Assembly: GCA_036172245.1 (NCBI GenBank)
Contig: JAYWIR010000010.1
Location: 1,550,001-1,614,000 of the forward strand
Origin: Raillietiella orientalis
Lineage: Eukaryota
Reading direction: 5' to 3'
Length of the DNA stretch: 64,000 nucleotides
Numbering within the stretch: the first letter of the stretch is position 1; each line of letters opens with the position of its first letter. The position numbers and the translations under genes were made by a program. Below the pieces are notes generated by a model. It did no database searches and was not told the DNA's origin. It was given only the letters and a program-made list of their open reading frames with translations. Positions 13,001 through 28,000 of this stretch are shown one piece after another.

Positions 13001-16000
13001 TAACGCCTTGATAGTTATTATGGTCACTAATGCTTTGCGGCGAGATTAAGCAGCGGCCGAGGATCGGAACAGCTTGGAGGAAGGAAGTGTGAATCTGTAT
13101 GTTCCGTGATTGAGGCACCTTTTCAAACTCATAAACTGATAGTCAGTGATACCCTCTCTCGTGCGATGCGTGTGACAGTTTTCATTTCCTTCAGTGTGCA
13201 ACCTTCTTAAGCTGGGAGTCGTTAGCATATTGGGACCCCAGACGGAGCCGACTAGTGCCCACGTGCAGTCCATCTGCGATGCCATGGAGGTGCCCCACAT
13301 AGAGATGAGATGGGACTACCGCATCCACAGAGAAGAATACTCTTTGAACTTGTATCCTCATCCCCAATCCTTGAGTCAGGTAGCTCATCTCTTGAACGCC
13401 GCGGAGCGTCAACTCTGGCCGATTGCGCGCGCTCGCGTTAAAGATGAGAGTCTCTGAGATGAAAAGGAGTTGCAGGGTGCCTTGTGCGATACTTGTACTG
13501 CCCTCTTCTGTTCATTTGTTTTTTTTTTTTTTGTTATTTGTTTTGAACGAGACGTCAGCTGCTGGGTCCAGAGATGGGAAAATTCCTCTGTGCTGTTCAG
13601 ACCTTATCTGAAAATTCGCGACCCACTGGTCCATTGTTCTCGGAGCTAATCCTGGATGCCGCATGAAAAAGGATGACTCCCTCCTCGCTTCTGTTCCGGA
13701 CCACGTTTCCGGTGGAAGAACAGCGGTACCTTCTCTCCCAGTAGTACCTTCGTACCCGCGCGTTGTAGCATCGCTTGATGCGCTTCTCAGGTGTGCCATG
13801 CACGAAACGGGAAGCGGAGAGGTGCACCGCGGGAACGCAGACTCTTCTTGCAGCTTGCCTCTATGATGCCCACGCGATTCCCGGAGAACATTCGTCCCGC
13901 TTCCCATTCTGCTGCTCACTAGAGGGGTTCCTCTTTTGCAGGATCTCGCAAAAGAGTGTTCGAACGAGTTTCAGCGGAGCATCCGAGACCTTCGTCTCGA
14001 AGCTTCCCTCCTCCGTAGGAAGGAGCGCGTGCGGTGCGCGGAACGAGCGGGCAATCCTCTTTTCCCCGAAGCACTCGGTCATGAAATCAGAAAATTAAGG
14101 AAGGAGAGAGCCTGGCAGCTTCCCGTGCGGTCCAAGAGTTTCCCATAGAATTCAGTTCTCATGATACTGGCGTAATGACGGCACTAAGGCAGAATTCCGC
14201 CGTCCCGCGGTCGTTCTGGAAGATGGAATTAATTTCATTAGCTAATTACGCGAGATTATGATTTTCCGAGGCAACCTGACAGCGAGGAAGTTCCGTCTTG
14301 ACGACACGGACGTGTGAGTTCCCGGTGCTGGCGGAGGAGGAGGAAGTCGCGCTTCCCGGGGGGGGAAGGGGAGGGGGGAAGGGAAGAGGATGGGAAAAAG
14401 AAAATGGAAAAAGGAAAAATGGTGATCTGACCATCGCGAGTCCCGATAATTCCTCCGTGACAGTTCTTGTGCGACCCAGATAATCACGACAAAAAAAAAG
14501 AACATTCGGTCTTTGTCAGCGGCAGGGAGGACTCGGTGACTGTGGCATCCTGCGGTTGAGCGCGGCGGAGCAGGGGGATGCCCATCGCACTGGTGCGCGG
14601 CCGCCGTGGTGCTCCTGGAGAACCAGGAGGTGCGGCGAGGAAGCGATCGGTCCCCCGCATGGCTGCCGGAGGTTGTCTCCCGCGTGGTCGGCAGCCTCTC
14701 TCGTTCGGCCTTTGTCCGGCAGCAGGACAGCTGTGCAGTCCGGGAAAATCAGGAAAGACAGGGCAGCAGCGGGCAGACGCGACTGCCGCTTGAAACTCCT
14801 GAAACGCAGCCTCTGGAAGGTTGGGCAAACGGTTTGGACGGGGGGGTAGCATGCGGGCGTTCGTGGATGGAAGGGTAGGGAGGAAGGAAGCGTGTGCACC
14901 GCTTTCCCCCCCCTCATCCTTCGTGCGCGCTATTCTCATCCTGCACCTCTCAACATCACGCATATGGAGCCGGGCGCACGCGAAAGATTAGGTTGCTGCG
15001 GAAAGATTAGGTTCCCTCCCTTGTGAACCCCTAATTTCCGTTGGGGTGTCTGGTGGAGGGGACCCCGGAGAGGTGCAGCTGTGCAATGTCGAATTCCCTT
15101 CTTCCCCCACGCGCAGCGCAATTCATGCTCCAGGGCGCGCGCGTGCCCGGAGTGGCTCCCGGTGAAAGTCGGCTCGCTCCCGGACCGATTCGGCTGAGCC
15201 CAGATCGGAACCAGGGACCACGTGAGGAGCTCCAGGCTTTCAGAGCTCATGGACGCCTAAGCGGAAGTCCGAGCGCCAGGAAGAGTCATCTCCAGGGCTC
15301 GGCGGGTGGGGCCGGCAAATGGGAAACCCTCCAGCCGCAGAGGTACCCTGATCTCGGCGACCATCCCGCCGCCCTGCAGCTCTGGCGAACGCTTGTCCGG
15401 AATCCCACGGGACTGGGGGCAGGCGAAACTCCTCAAGTTCCGCGAGCTCCGTCCCCCCAGAGTCCTCTGAGTTTTTTTATTTATTCGTCCTCTCGAGCAA
15501 GGCGGCTCTGCGTCCCATCTTCCGGGATCTGCCGCCCGCCGTCTCCGGGGCTCCCGTCCGGACTGACACACCTCCGCGCGGGTATCCGCCGATACGCCGC
15601 GAACCTTCGGGAAGTCGTCCTACTCACCGTTTGAGGAGAGACGCGGGGTGACTCCCCCGGCGCGCGTACTCCCGCGCGACGGCGTTCGAGCAAGTCGGAC
15701 GGACGCTTTGAGGGTGCAGCACGCTCGCAGAACGCGTGAGGGGGGCCGTACCACTGGGGCCTCGGGATCGGTGGCGACGGTCGCTGCATGTCACGCTCGA
15801 AATCGCGAGCTCCCAGGGCGTGCTCCCCCCCTCCCCCTTACTATTGGTGTTTGCGTGCGCGCGCACGTCCCCCTCGCTTGTCGACGGAGCACACTAACAC
15901 GAGCCGGCTGAAGCATGAGCTGCCCCCCTTCCCCTCCCCCGTACTTTCGGGTGCTCGGACGCGACTGCTGGTGTGGTATGATGTTCCCAAGGCAGTAGCA

Positions 16001-19000
16001 ATTAAGACGGCAGTCGTCCTTAGGAACCAGTCAAGAATGAGCCCGTAAACGGTTCTGCAATTCTTGATTTCGTTAGTAGCAGCCGTGATGAAAGCTTTCT
16101 GGTACGTTTCCATGGCTGCGTGTTCGTCTTCGTCTTGTTTGCGCACGCAAGCAAGTCCTGCGCGACCGATCTGTTATTATAATGCAGCTTATAATTAGCA
16201 CGATGAACCAGACATTCAGTGGGATTAGCGCAACACCTGAGGATGCTGCGCGGTGTCTTGGAAACTTCCAGAGGAAGGGGCTTTGCTGCGCCTTTGCGGT
16301 TTGCGCTTTGCGTCGATTACGTTTTACACGCGCTGATTAATGATCGCACGCGTGTACGTGTAAATCTTCCTCCGACGGCTGCGCAACATCCGCAGGAAAT
16401 AAACCCGGCGGAAACCAGCATGTGATCTGCGCTAGTGAAACTGATGCTGAGCGCTGTTTCTAAAAGGATGTATCCTCTAGAAGAGGCGCAGAGTTTTCGT
16501 GTGCGGAGCGAGAGGAAGCGTCTCAGGGGATCGAAGACGCAGAGACGGAAAAGCGAGATAGGCAAGGGACCTCGACCTCGTGTGGACGAAAGCGAACAAA
16601 GGGAATTAAAGAGATCCCGTTTCTTTTTTTCTTTCCACCACGAGAAGACAAGGCTCCATCCGGCGGCATGGTCGGGCTTTGCGGTTGCTGGAAGCTGATG
16701 TGGCGTCGAAGCAGCTGCTCCAAGAGGCTGTTGCCTCCGTGTCGATTCCATTCAGGTGCGCCGCTAACCGGCTTCTAGAGGAAGGTTGTGGACGGGAAAG
16801 TCGAGGATCCAGCGGAGAGAGGAAAAAATGACGTTGGACTCTCATGAAGCAGCTTTAGCAACGGCAGCGGCTGCTGCCTCAGGTGATCCGAATCGAGTGG
16901 ATCAGTCAGAGGAGGAAAAAACCGAACGTGTGAATCTCACTCGGAATGAGAGGCGCAGAACCGTGGCTCCTCACCTCTCATCTCCTGAGCTGCAGGAAAG
17001 CTGAGGCCTTTTAATGCACTGCTTGGAAGACGAGGAGAGGAACGGCGGTGGATGCGATTGGTTCCACTCGATGGCAGCGCGGACGCAACCTTCCTCCACG
17101 TTTCCCTGAAAAGGGGTCTTTCAGCCTCCGCCTCACACCGCTGGTTTCTGTAAGGAGCCCTGACGATGGTCAAGACACTCTCCCTTGAAACATGGCTTCG
17201 TGCCGTCGTTACGGGGTTACTGACAATCTTTTTTCGTTTCCGTCTTCATTTTTTCCTTCTTCCTCATCGTCACTGTTGAGATATGTATCTTCCCTTCCAC
17301 GGAACCCTGCACGAAATACAAAAGAGCAAATATTCCCGGAGCAAGGTTCGCTGTGCGGTTGGGACACGTTGGGAATCCGCCGAACGGGAACTGAAAGTGT
17401 ACAGATGCATACACGCACCAAGAACAGAGACGGATGGGGGGGGGGAGGAAAAGGGGGGAGCGCGCGCGGAGCTTGTCGTCCAGATCGGCACCACGAAAGG
17501 AACCTTTACCCGGTGCCGTTAGGTCATGGGCTCTGGAGCGGAGCGATGCAGGTCAGCTCTCAGGGTTTCCTCCAGATCAGCCACGCGGGATCCCGGTAAC
17601 CAGAACCTCTCTTTCTTCTGCCTTCTGCTCCCGCCGCCAAAACTCGCTCCAGAAGTCCACCTCTCCGTCCACTCACCACTCGGGTCGCGATGCCTTTCTG
17701 TCAGGCGCCACAAGGATTCTCCTGCTACCCAACCGTTTCCTGTCAAGGAAAACAAACGACAGACCGAACGAACACACCCAAAACTCATTCAGAAATCGAG
17801 CTAGGAGAACTGGCAGGGGAGGAGCTCATGGAGCAAGGCATCTCGAGATGCTCTCCAGGGGTCCAGTCGAGGCGCTCGTCTACAACTGCTGTCGTGAGCT
17901 TCAGTTTGCTCGCGGGAGAGAGAATCGCCACCGCCGCCGCAAGTAGTGCTGCGGGGTACTGTCGTTATTGGTTTGCATCAGACGAGAAACGGGGGGATTC
18001 CATGGTGACGGCTAAGCGGAAGGATTTTTCTGTTCGCTGCAAGTCCGGTTTCGCTTGTCTGCTTCCGGGAAGCGGATGGACTGCCGAAGTTTTCACCTTC
18101 CCTTCCTTTTTTCGTTCACTCTGGGCTGCGGCCAGAAGATGTTGGAATCGAGTGCAGATCCCTGTCCTTCGGCATCTCCGCCCTTCGGCGACTTTGGTGG
18201 CTCGATTGAAAGGGAGGGTCCGCCGCGTGAGCTGCTAGGAGACGGTGGCGGCGGCAGCAGCAGCAACAGTTGCGAGGTGCTCCGTCGCCACGCACGCTGC
18301 CGGAGCGTCGCGGGTGAAGAAGTCGGAACTCTGACCGAAATCCGAGAACCGGAACGAGACGCGAATCCTCCTCGTGCTGTCGTACCGTCGAGGAGTGAAT
18401 TCCGACCTTGTGCCGGTCAGCGAGCCCCCCCTCCCCCCATCAGTAATCAGCGGTCTACGGTCGCTCGGCGATAGCGAAGTTTCCATTGCGCACTCGAACC
18501 CAGGGTCCCTACCGCGCGCGCGCCCTCCGGCGACACGCGTTGCGAAGAGAGAAACGGCGACAAGGCAGGCAGGTGATCTCCCGTGGACCGAAGGGAAAGT
18601 CGCCGCAAAACCGAACACCCTCCCCACCGCCAGCGAAGACTCCGGCGTGCTTCGCTCACCGGCCGTGCCGCAATACCACTGAGCGAAGGACCAGCATTCT
18701 GTTTCCAAGGGTCAGACGAGTCCAAGGTTAGGAGCGCTTGGTTCGCGTGCCCAGCGGCACGTACGTCCCGCGAGGGATCCTGGCTCTCGTCGCTGCGCAG
18801 GGAGGATTGAAAAAGAGGGGAGCAAGCTGCTCGACGCTGGTGCATTATCCACAAGGTGGTGAAGGACGTTCCTCGTCTTCTTGCAGGCCTTCATCGATCT
18901 TATCAGGGCCAGAGGATGGAAGTCCTTCACGATCATTTACCAGGACAACGAAAGCCTCGTGAGGCTGCAGAATATCATCCAGCTATCCAGCCCGAAGGAT

Positions 19001-22000
19001 GTCAAGGTCACCATACGGCAGCTGAACGTCGGGGATGACTACAGGTACCCCGAGTCTCGCTGCTAAGCCCTCCGCGCGGACCATCCCCATTTCGGGAATC
19101 GAGAGAGGAGTCCGTGAGGTGGAGCAGAAGAAAGCTCGCGGGGTCCTCTTCTTTCAGAGAGGGGGGAAGGCTCTAACTCCCCCCTGTGCGTGACCTCTCG
19201 TGTCACCGAGCTCTTCTCTCTTCCTCTGGGTTGGGGCGATGCCTGCGCACCGCGGCGGCGTCCTTCTGCCTACCTCCTGCACTCACTGCCGTGGGAGGGA
19301 GAGATTGAGGACGGTGGGAATTCCCGGTGGGCGCACGCAGTCTCCCGGAGAGGAGTCTTCCGGTCAGTCGACTCCGTGCTAATGGGGAGTGATCCTCGGA
19401 ACTCTCCGGTGGAAAGAGGGAGCGGTCGGGATGCACGGGCTGCGAGTGGAGGTGGGCACGTGGCGGGTAGGACGGCAGCCGTCGAACTCCAACAGGGGGG
19501 AGAGTGAAAGCGTCTCGTGTCTGGATGCTCCTACCTGACCCCTGTGGCCTTGCGATCCCGATGAGGCGGGAGAATTCCGTGGGGGACAGGAATGCGGCTG
19601 CATAGGATTTCCCTATGCTCTCTCATCTGACCTCCACAGCAAAGTAGGACAAGGAACGAGACGGCGTAGTAGGCGGGGAAGGAACGAGGAGGATGTTGAT
19701 GATGGATGCGCGTTCAGTCACGAAGAAGCAACAAAAAATGAAGGGGAGAAAAAAAAAAAAAAAAGCCGTTCCACTGTAAGTGCAATGTTTTTTTTTTTCT
19801 TTTTCCTTAATCTTATCTGAAGACCAAAGTTATCTGTAATGTAATTGGAGCTTGAGAATGTTGGTCGAGGAGTACCACGATGGCTCAGCTCATTTGTATG
19901 ATGGATCCGCAGCGAGCTAGCTACGGGGTCCAGACAAACGGTCCCGGGTGCGTCTGAGAAGTGCCGGCATCGGAACGAAACGCTCTGCCCGCGGCAGTTT
20001 AGGAGGAAGTGAGGAGGAAACTGCACAGGGGGATCTGTCACATTTGTGAACCGGAAGGTGGGACGTTCTCTCAGTTGGCCTACCGCCCCGCGAGAGACTC
20101 GCGGGCGGTGTTCCCGACTCCGGGACATTCCTCGAGGCTTTCCCTTCGCCCTTTGGCACACTTTTCGAGCAACTTTCCGGAACTCCTTATGCGAAGCAAC
20201 TCGAACCTGCCTCGCTGCCTCCAGGAGCTCCTAATTTACTAGCCCCATAGGGGTCGCAAGGTCGCTCTCGACTGTCCCGGTGTTTGCCGTTGATCTCAGG
20301 GTCGTGGAACCACTGCTGCGGCATCTTCGCTCTTCTCATCGCCATAGGAACAAGAAGAAAAAGAAGAAGAAAAAAACAGTCAAGAGACGAATAAATCACC
20401 TTTATCGAAAATGAAGAGCTCTTGTGAAAAGTGTCCACATCCAGAAACACGCAGAAGATCTGCGAGGGCAGAAGCAACAAAGTGGCGGGCAGAACGAGAC
20501 GTGACTCTTCCTCCCTTCAGGTTTCGGGCAGAGAATTCCGTGAAGAAGCGAGGAAACTCACTGGGCGTCATGAGATTCAAAAGAGAACGAAACGTCTTGG
20601 CAACGTGGGAAAAGTCCCGAATTATGAGAGATGAGTTTGAAGGTTTCGTGGACGCGGAATACGCTTTCAGGAGCGCCGTTCTGAAAGGTCCCTCTCTATG
20701 CGAGAAACAAACCAGAGTAAACATCTCTTCTTTCTTGCCTCGGTCTTTCAGGCCAAGATCGTTCAAAGAGTGCGAATAGGAAGAAGAAATAGGAGCAGAG
20801 TGATGAAAGAACTTTCCCGGTGACTACCTGCACCATAAGGTGGAGGAATGCCTTGCGTGCTTGGCTGTGCAAGCACACAGCTGACAGAGGGGGTGGGATT
20901 TTTTTATGTGAATCACATCTCCAGAGTGAGTTCTCGTCCAGCCACAGAAAGGCAGCTCATTCCAATCAGGGATATACAATAAGCGCTCAAGTAAACAAAT
21001 AAGGCGGAACAGATGGTCCCACGTGAGTCCCGAGGTGTTAGGATGACCACAGCCTTGCAGATCAGCTCCTACCAAGGTCCTCGGAGGGTTTAGGAGTAGA
21101 AAACAAATAGATCAATGCAAAAATATGGACAACTATGGAAACGAAAGAGAAGCGGGTCATTGGTCACCCAGGTGTGCCCTGTGGATCTTGGAGGTGCAGG
21201 TTAATTTATCTCTTCGATTCTTCTAGGATTCTTCGTCAATTTGAATACAATGGGAGGATGGGTGGATTCTCGCGAGGAGAGGAGTGTGTTGCTAATTTGC
21301 TCGCGATTGACCGCAGAATGGTATGACCAAATAAAAAGCATATCGTTGTGGTTGGATCTGGGCAAAAGTGGCCAGTGGGTTTGAATGCAGCCAATATTTT
21401 TTGATAACAATATCATGACTTTTACATAGTTCAGGATTCTCGCCTACGGGTTGTTTCTGGTGCTCATGAGCATTTTTTGGTCAGGTTCTTATGGGTATAT
21501 GATTCACGAAACAAGACATGCACCCTCTGCCATGAGACCATGGAAGGAACATCGGAAGAACTCTCATCTCAAAGTTTCCGTACCAAGATTTTCGCTGTAG
21601 AGATCTGATGCTTTCTCTGTATCTTATACCGAAGGTCTGTAATAAAGAGAAAAGGAATGCTGCCAAGCTACTGGGAGTCTTCTATCCAATAAACTCGCCC
21701 GGCAAAGCCATCACCTCGGGGACCACTTTCCACTACTTAGCACCCGTCGTGGACTGACCTTTTGCTACCGATGTAGAAGCTATACAGATTAAAGATCGAA
21801 GATCAAAACAACCTGAAATTATTCAACTTTCTTCGTGCCAATCCCTTCTTCCTCAGGAAGCAAACAACCTTGAAAAGTGAAAATCCTAAAAACGACCTTT
21901 TTAAACTTGGGAAACAATTTGGCAAAGGAAGGCGGGAGCGTTTCGTCACAAATCAATAAGAATCCAAATTGTCTTTGAGGAATTCTAGACGAAGGCAGAA

Positions 22001-25000
22001 GCTCACTTTCGGCAGACGAGTTAGTTCTGGTTATCAGTTCTGGTTTTTTAGTAAGGGAAAGCTTCCAGAAGTTTCACCAGCAGCAAGAAAGAAATCAGAG
22101 CAAAGATGGGAGGGAACCTTGTTCAGCCCAGCTTCCATGAGATTAATCTGTAATTCAGTGGCGTAGCGCAGAAAACTCGTGAGGAACCCCAACGCGCCGC
22201 ACCTTCCGCTAGAGGACCAAAGGTCCCTGCTCGGGCACGAAGAGAGATTTGCTAACTCTAGGCGTAGCCCAAGCGGAACTGCTCGTGCCGCACACCTGAA
22301 GGACTCAGTTTTCGGAAGTGTGCGGGGTGGGAGGGAAGAATTTCCTCCGAACGTTACCGGTTTTCCGGAATGACTGAAACGGAGTTCCAGCACACTTGAG
22401 CAGAGTTCATCATTAAGAATCTGTGCTTTTTGAAAGCTCGCCGCAGAGTCGCAAAAGGGGATGCAACTGCGAAAGGAAACAGGAGCCGTAGACCTTGTTA
22501 TTGGAAGTAAAGTTCGATTTCCCCACGTTTATGAAGGTGATCTAACTAGTGACCATGGATCTTCGTCGTCCATCTTCGTGAGCGTTCGAAAGGAAACAGT
22601 CGTCAAAGGAGATGCCTCCACAAAAACAGGCAGCGCACAGTATCAGAAAAAAAATGGCATCCTGAATTGGGATTCAGATGAAATCTTGATAGAGGATCCT
22701 TAATCAACGCAAAGGCTTGAGATGCCTCAGTGTGCGACTGGAAGAGTTGAGCAGGGGCGGCATTCTTCCGCTTTATTCCTGGATGATAAGAGGACGAAAA
22801 CACCTGACCGTTCGAAGGGGATTCTCTCCCTGGAGAGTGGGGCCACTTCTTTCCTCCGCGCACAGAAATTGTGCTCAAATTACCTTTCATTTAACCACGA
22901 GACGAAACAGTTTTCCTTTCCTCCGTCTAGGAACGACACTAGCGGGAAAATAAAGGGTATTCGACGACCGCCTTAAACTCATCGTCTTACTGACTCCCAC
23001 TGAACCTGCTCAGAGCTTTCGTGTAACCCCGAGGCTGTAGAATTCCTCTTCCACATGCACCCCAAATCTCACATCGGAGTGCTTTCGACGACTTCCTGAA
23101 AGAACTCTCGAAAAGGAAATCCGGCTCCCTCTCTATCCCGTTTCTCCTTTCCCTCCGCTTTCCCTGCGGATAGCCAGGCATTCCGCAGGCAATCCGCTTT
23201 TTTACAGCTACGCTAACAGTCGCCCTGCTTCTCGAACGCCGTTGGGCGGTCTCGACGTGTCTTCCTTGGATCGGATGGGAGATCACTCTGAGACAGTCCT
23301 CTTCGAAAAGTGATCTGATATTCTCCTCTTGTTTTCCAGGTCTCTCTTAAAATCCTTGAAGAAGGCGGGGGAAACCAGGATCCTCCTCGACTGCGAGAGG
23401 AACAAGATCCCTTTGGTTCTGAAGCAGGCGCAGCAGATTGGGATGATATCGCCACAGAACAGCTTCCTCATTACGTCTTTGGTGAGCGCGCTGTGGAGGA
23501 AGGATTCGCGGAACCGAGTTGCAACGACGGCAAATGCGAACTACACCCTCTCCGCGCTTCCCTCTCCAGCCTCCAAGTTCCCTTTTGTTCCCTTTGAGCG
23601 AGATCCATCCTTCTAGCGATGACGAAAACGAAGGTCAGCTAAAATCAAATCCCTCTCCTTCACTGTCCCTTCCAACGAGGCGAGAACGCTGCCGAGATGT
23701 CGGCCACTCCCATTCCTGGCCAACTTCTTGTCTCCGGGGAAAGGGAATGGGGCTCTGCGAGACTTTTTCTTCACAGACAACCTTACTCTCCTCAAGAAGC
23801 GCGCACCCTGCCTATTTTGGGCTACCGCTCCCCCCTTTTCACGCTTCCGACCTCTTTGTAGCTCCAACGCGTTCCTTCCGGCTTTCGGAATTCCAAAGCC
23901 GGCGGAGCAAGCCGCGATGCCGCCAAAGATCCGCGGTGTTCTCGTCGCCTGCCAGCCGCGTATGCCTCGCGAACTCATCTGATCCAACCCGGGAGCGCCG
24001 GATGATCTGTCTGCGATGCAGATGAATCATCCTCCGGAAAGCGAACCGGACGGTCCCGGTGGGGGAAAATCCACCGGATTCGAGCAGCGGTGTCCGCCTG
24101 TAGATTGGCTCGTTTCCGGAGCACACCACAGACGGAAGGTTCGCGACCTCGGTTTCTTTTCCTCGGCTATTTCTGCGGGAGGAGCAAGAGCGCTGTGGGA
24201 GCGAGACAGAAGTTGTTGATCCGCCTCCAGCCTGGTGAGAAAGAGAAACCCTCCCTCCGATCAGGCCCTGTTGAGCTTTCCGGCACAACACATAAACCAC
24301 ATTTACCTTCATTTTTTTTTTTTCTTCATTCATCCTTGGAAAATCTCACGGTGTGTGTGTTTATCTGCCTTCCAATCCTCTGACATTAGTTTATAGTCAC
24401 CAAAGGACAATCCTGGAGTGTTCGTGACGGGCGTATGGTGAGTTGCGTAAAGAAAAAAAAGAACAGAAAAGCAGAAAATGCGCCGTTCGGGAGTCGCAGC
24501 CGCACCTGTCCGTATTCCGTCAGGCTCAACCACACGAAAACCGAAAGTTGCTCCCGCGCGTGATGGATCACTGCGCCCAAGAGATGCCTTGTAAATTTGC
24601 AGCCTCCGAGTCCATCTTTTCCGTTTCCGCAGTTGCGTGGCGTTTGTTTGCCTCGGAAGAACACCATGGCGCGCTTGTACTTTCTGGACTGACAGGGACC
24701 ACCACGTTGCCCGACTTTCGCGCCTCCTGGCAGTCCTCTGGGTCTTCGCCGATCTTTCGTTCTGTTCGATGCAAATTTCTGCCAGAGCGCCTCTTTCAGA
24801 CTACGTCTTATCCTGGGGACTCCACGCTTCGAGGTCCTTATGAGCTTATGACGTGAGTGTCCGGTTTTCAACAAGAATAACCCATTCGTCGGGCTCTCTT
24901 CAGCTACGAAGCTAACGCCTGAATGCCTTCAGAGGTGCCTTCTGAAAGTTGCCAGAAGCAAATCCTTTTCTTCTGCAGCAAAAAAGCACAGGCTGCAGAG

Positions 25001-28000
25001 AATTTGGGAGGGGGGGGGGATCTGAGAAAGCATCTACCGCAGAAGCGGTTCCGAGTTGGCAATAGTCCCGAAGAAATCCCGCAAGCATGGACTTGGCAGT
25101 CTCCCGTGGCAGTCTCTCTTGCGCAGATTCGTTGGCATGGTGCGGGTTCAGTGAGGCCGTGCTTCCCTCTCGCCTCAAAGCCCAGAATCGTTTACGCGCA
25201 TTCACACTCGAGTGGGGATAACTTCTTGCCGAAACGGCTCGTCTTGCTGGTCTGCACATCGGCAGACCAATTTTGCTGTCGAGAGTGGGAGAGAGGGGAG
25301 GAAAATGGCTTTTCCGATGTTCTGTTCATCGGCGTAACACGCAAATGGTTGTTGTGCAATAAATGTTTACTGTCATGATTCTCTCGTTAAAAGAGTGGTC
25401 ACTTTAGGTCATTTCCAAGATTTTTTTTTTTTTTCTTGCTGCTGCTGCTCTTTCGCGTCAGCAGGCTCCGGACTACAGTGCGACTAACCGGTCGAAATGA
25501 TCCCCAGGGAAAGCTCGGCGTGATTCCGTGGCTTTCTAACGGGAAAGCGAACTCTGCCATGAAAGCCTGGAATGCACCACGGCCCCGCTCGAAAAGACGC
25601 ATTTCGATCTCCAGGGAAACGAGTATTGCCTTTCAACCGTCCCGCAACCGCATCTTCCGTGTCGTCGAGCGGGAAGGTCCCGTGCTTCCGTGCTGAGCGG
25701 GAAGGTGCTCCCGTGGTTTCCTTCCATCCCTCTGTCCGAACCGAAACCGCCGATCGCAGGCTTCCTGAACGTTGCCTCCGGTTACATCGAAAGAGTTCAT
25801 TTTTCTCAATTGATGCATTTTCCCCTTCCTCCTTTCCTCCAGCTTACCCCATACTCGAGGCTTCTGAGTACGAAAATTCTCAAAGACCCTCTGAAAGGAA
25901 GGGAGTCCCACAGCTTTCATGTGACTGGCAACTCAGGCTTCCGAGAGAGTTTGGCGCTCGTGCAGCTATGAGCGCTTCTCCTGGAGATGGTCCTTCGGTA
26001 AACGACCTCGCTTTACCGTCTCACTGGGAGGATGGGCTGCTCCGGGAAAGCTTTGAGGAAGTCTTGGGCATCCCTGTCTCTTGGGGAGTTACTGCGGCCC
26101 CGGCTGGGGTGTTCTCGGCTCGCTTGGAGTCGCTTTGAGCGTCCGGCGTAGAATGCCTTGCGATTTGCTGACTCCTTCTTCCCGGAAGGACCTCCACACC
26201 ATCGACCTGGAAGACTACAGGCACAGCGAAGTGAACATAACAGGATGGAGACTGATCGACCCTTCCGATCCAGAAGTCGAAAAAATCCTCTCCCACTGGA
26301 AATACGGGGAGCTGCGCTTCGGCAGAACGCTTGGCATCACCAAGGAAACCCTTCAGGTGTGCTGCTTTCTCCCTGCATCTCTTGGAATGGGAGTGTGGCT
26401 CGAAGGGAGTCTTCCTGCCTCGTCTTGAGCTGCCGAGCATGCCAAGGTCTCCCTGTGATGTCTCGGAGAGCCTCCATGACATCGGAAAGAGATGGCCCAG
26501 GAACTTGACGGAGGGAGGTTCTGGAGGAAGGGAAAAATGGAGTTTGGCTCCCTCTTCGCCCTTATCATCCTGACCATTTTCCTTCTCCGTAGACGCCGAC
26601 AGCATTGGTCTACGATTCGGTGATGGTACTGGCCAAGGCACTCAGAGAGCTGGACCGAAGTCAGGCGGTCACCGTGAGACCCTTGCAGTGCGACGAGAAC
26701 AACTACTGGGACCACGGATCGAGTCTCGTCAACTACTTGAAGCTGGTTAGTCCTTGGGGGACTTCCCGGTTTCCAAAACAGGCCGATTCCTGTCGCTGTT
26801 GAAGTAAGGGGGGGGAGCCTTCGAGTGTGAGCAGCGAGGCAGTGGGATGAGGTGGACAAGAACCCAAGTGGGAAACTGTGCCTGATGCGAACTGCCCGAG
26901 GAAAGGAGAGATCACATGAAGTGAGGTGCTCTCAGCATACAAGCAAGAATGCCTTCTTCCTCTGCGAGGAGGCCACCAGCGCCGTTTCTCTTCTGAGAAA
27001 TGGCGCTTTCATCCTACTAGAACTCTCTGCCTTTCCTAGGTGCACCACTCACGGTGCATCAGGCGGAGGACTCGAAGACAGGTGGTGCGGAATGATCAGA
27101 GACTTTCCTTAGATGACGTTCTTGGAGGTCGTCTCCCCTCCCGGTGGTTTGCGGGGTTCGCGCAATGTGGCCGCGCCTTCTCGCGTTTCGAAAGGTGGAC
27201 GTCTGACTAGGATGTTCCGCGGAGGAGAGCCTTCCCGATGACCGAGGTCTGGAAAAAAAAATAGCCGAAGAGGATGAGAAAGAGGGAGAGACGAGGGAAT
27301 CCGAGCGGAAACTGAGGTTGTGGGGAGACTCCGGAGCTGTGATCGGTCGGGAAGGAAGCGCGGAGCGATCCAAAGACATGTCGGTGCAACCTCGGAACTC
27401 CTTTGAACATATTAATGTCGTGGAGATGCGTCCTTGAGCCGCTTGGTTGGTGTTTGAGACCTGGGGAACTTTTTATGCTCCGTCTCCTTTGACCTTCCCC
27501 TCTTCCTGCCCTGCACAGGCGTTTCTGGCTCCCTGCCCTTCCTTTGTGTTTCTTCATCGGCTCAACAAGTGAGTCTTTAGCAGTCTCCTACCATTCCCTG
27601 GAGATCTTCCACTCTGGTTTCCTCATTGCAATTTTAAAGACCTCAAATCACTCTGGAAGGGGCTCTCTTGCTAGGCTGTTCGAGCTTCACAGCATCCCCA
27701 GAAAAGGAGAGACGCTCTGTCTTCTTCTCTCGGTCTCGACAGAGCTTCCGAGATTGTTGGTCCCCGAGGAGACGAAATTCTGTTTCCAGTTTCCTTCTGT
27801 TCCCTCCGATCCTCGGTTCTTTTTCCCACGGAAATGGTCTAGATTAGGTTTGTGGGTTGCCAGACGATTCTGGTGACCCTCAGACCCACCTCGATCGGCA
27901 ACTTTCTTTCTGTTCTTCTTTTCTTCTGCTTGAAGGAACGTCGCGAATCGCTGGGCTCGCATCCCTTTCCTTTCATCATCGTCAGGCAGCCTTCGAGTCG

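Noticed and set aside
20824..21700. Possible DIRS-like or other RT relic on the minus strand
   Set aside because: Only vague resemblance (ICKAVV..VYL); no YxDD motif or ordered motif set
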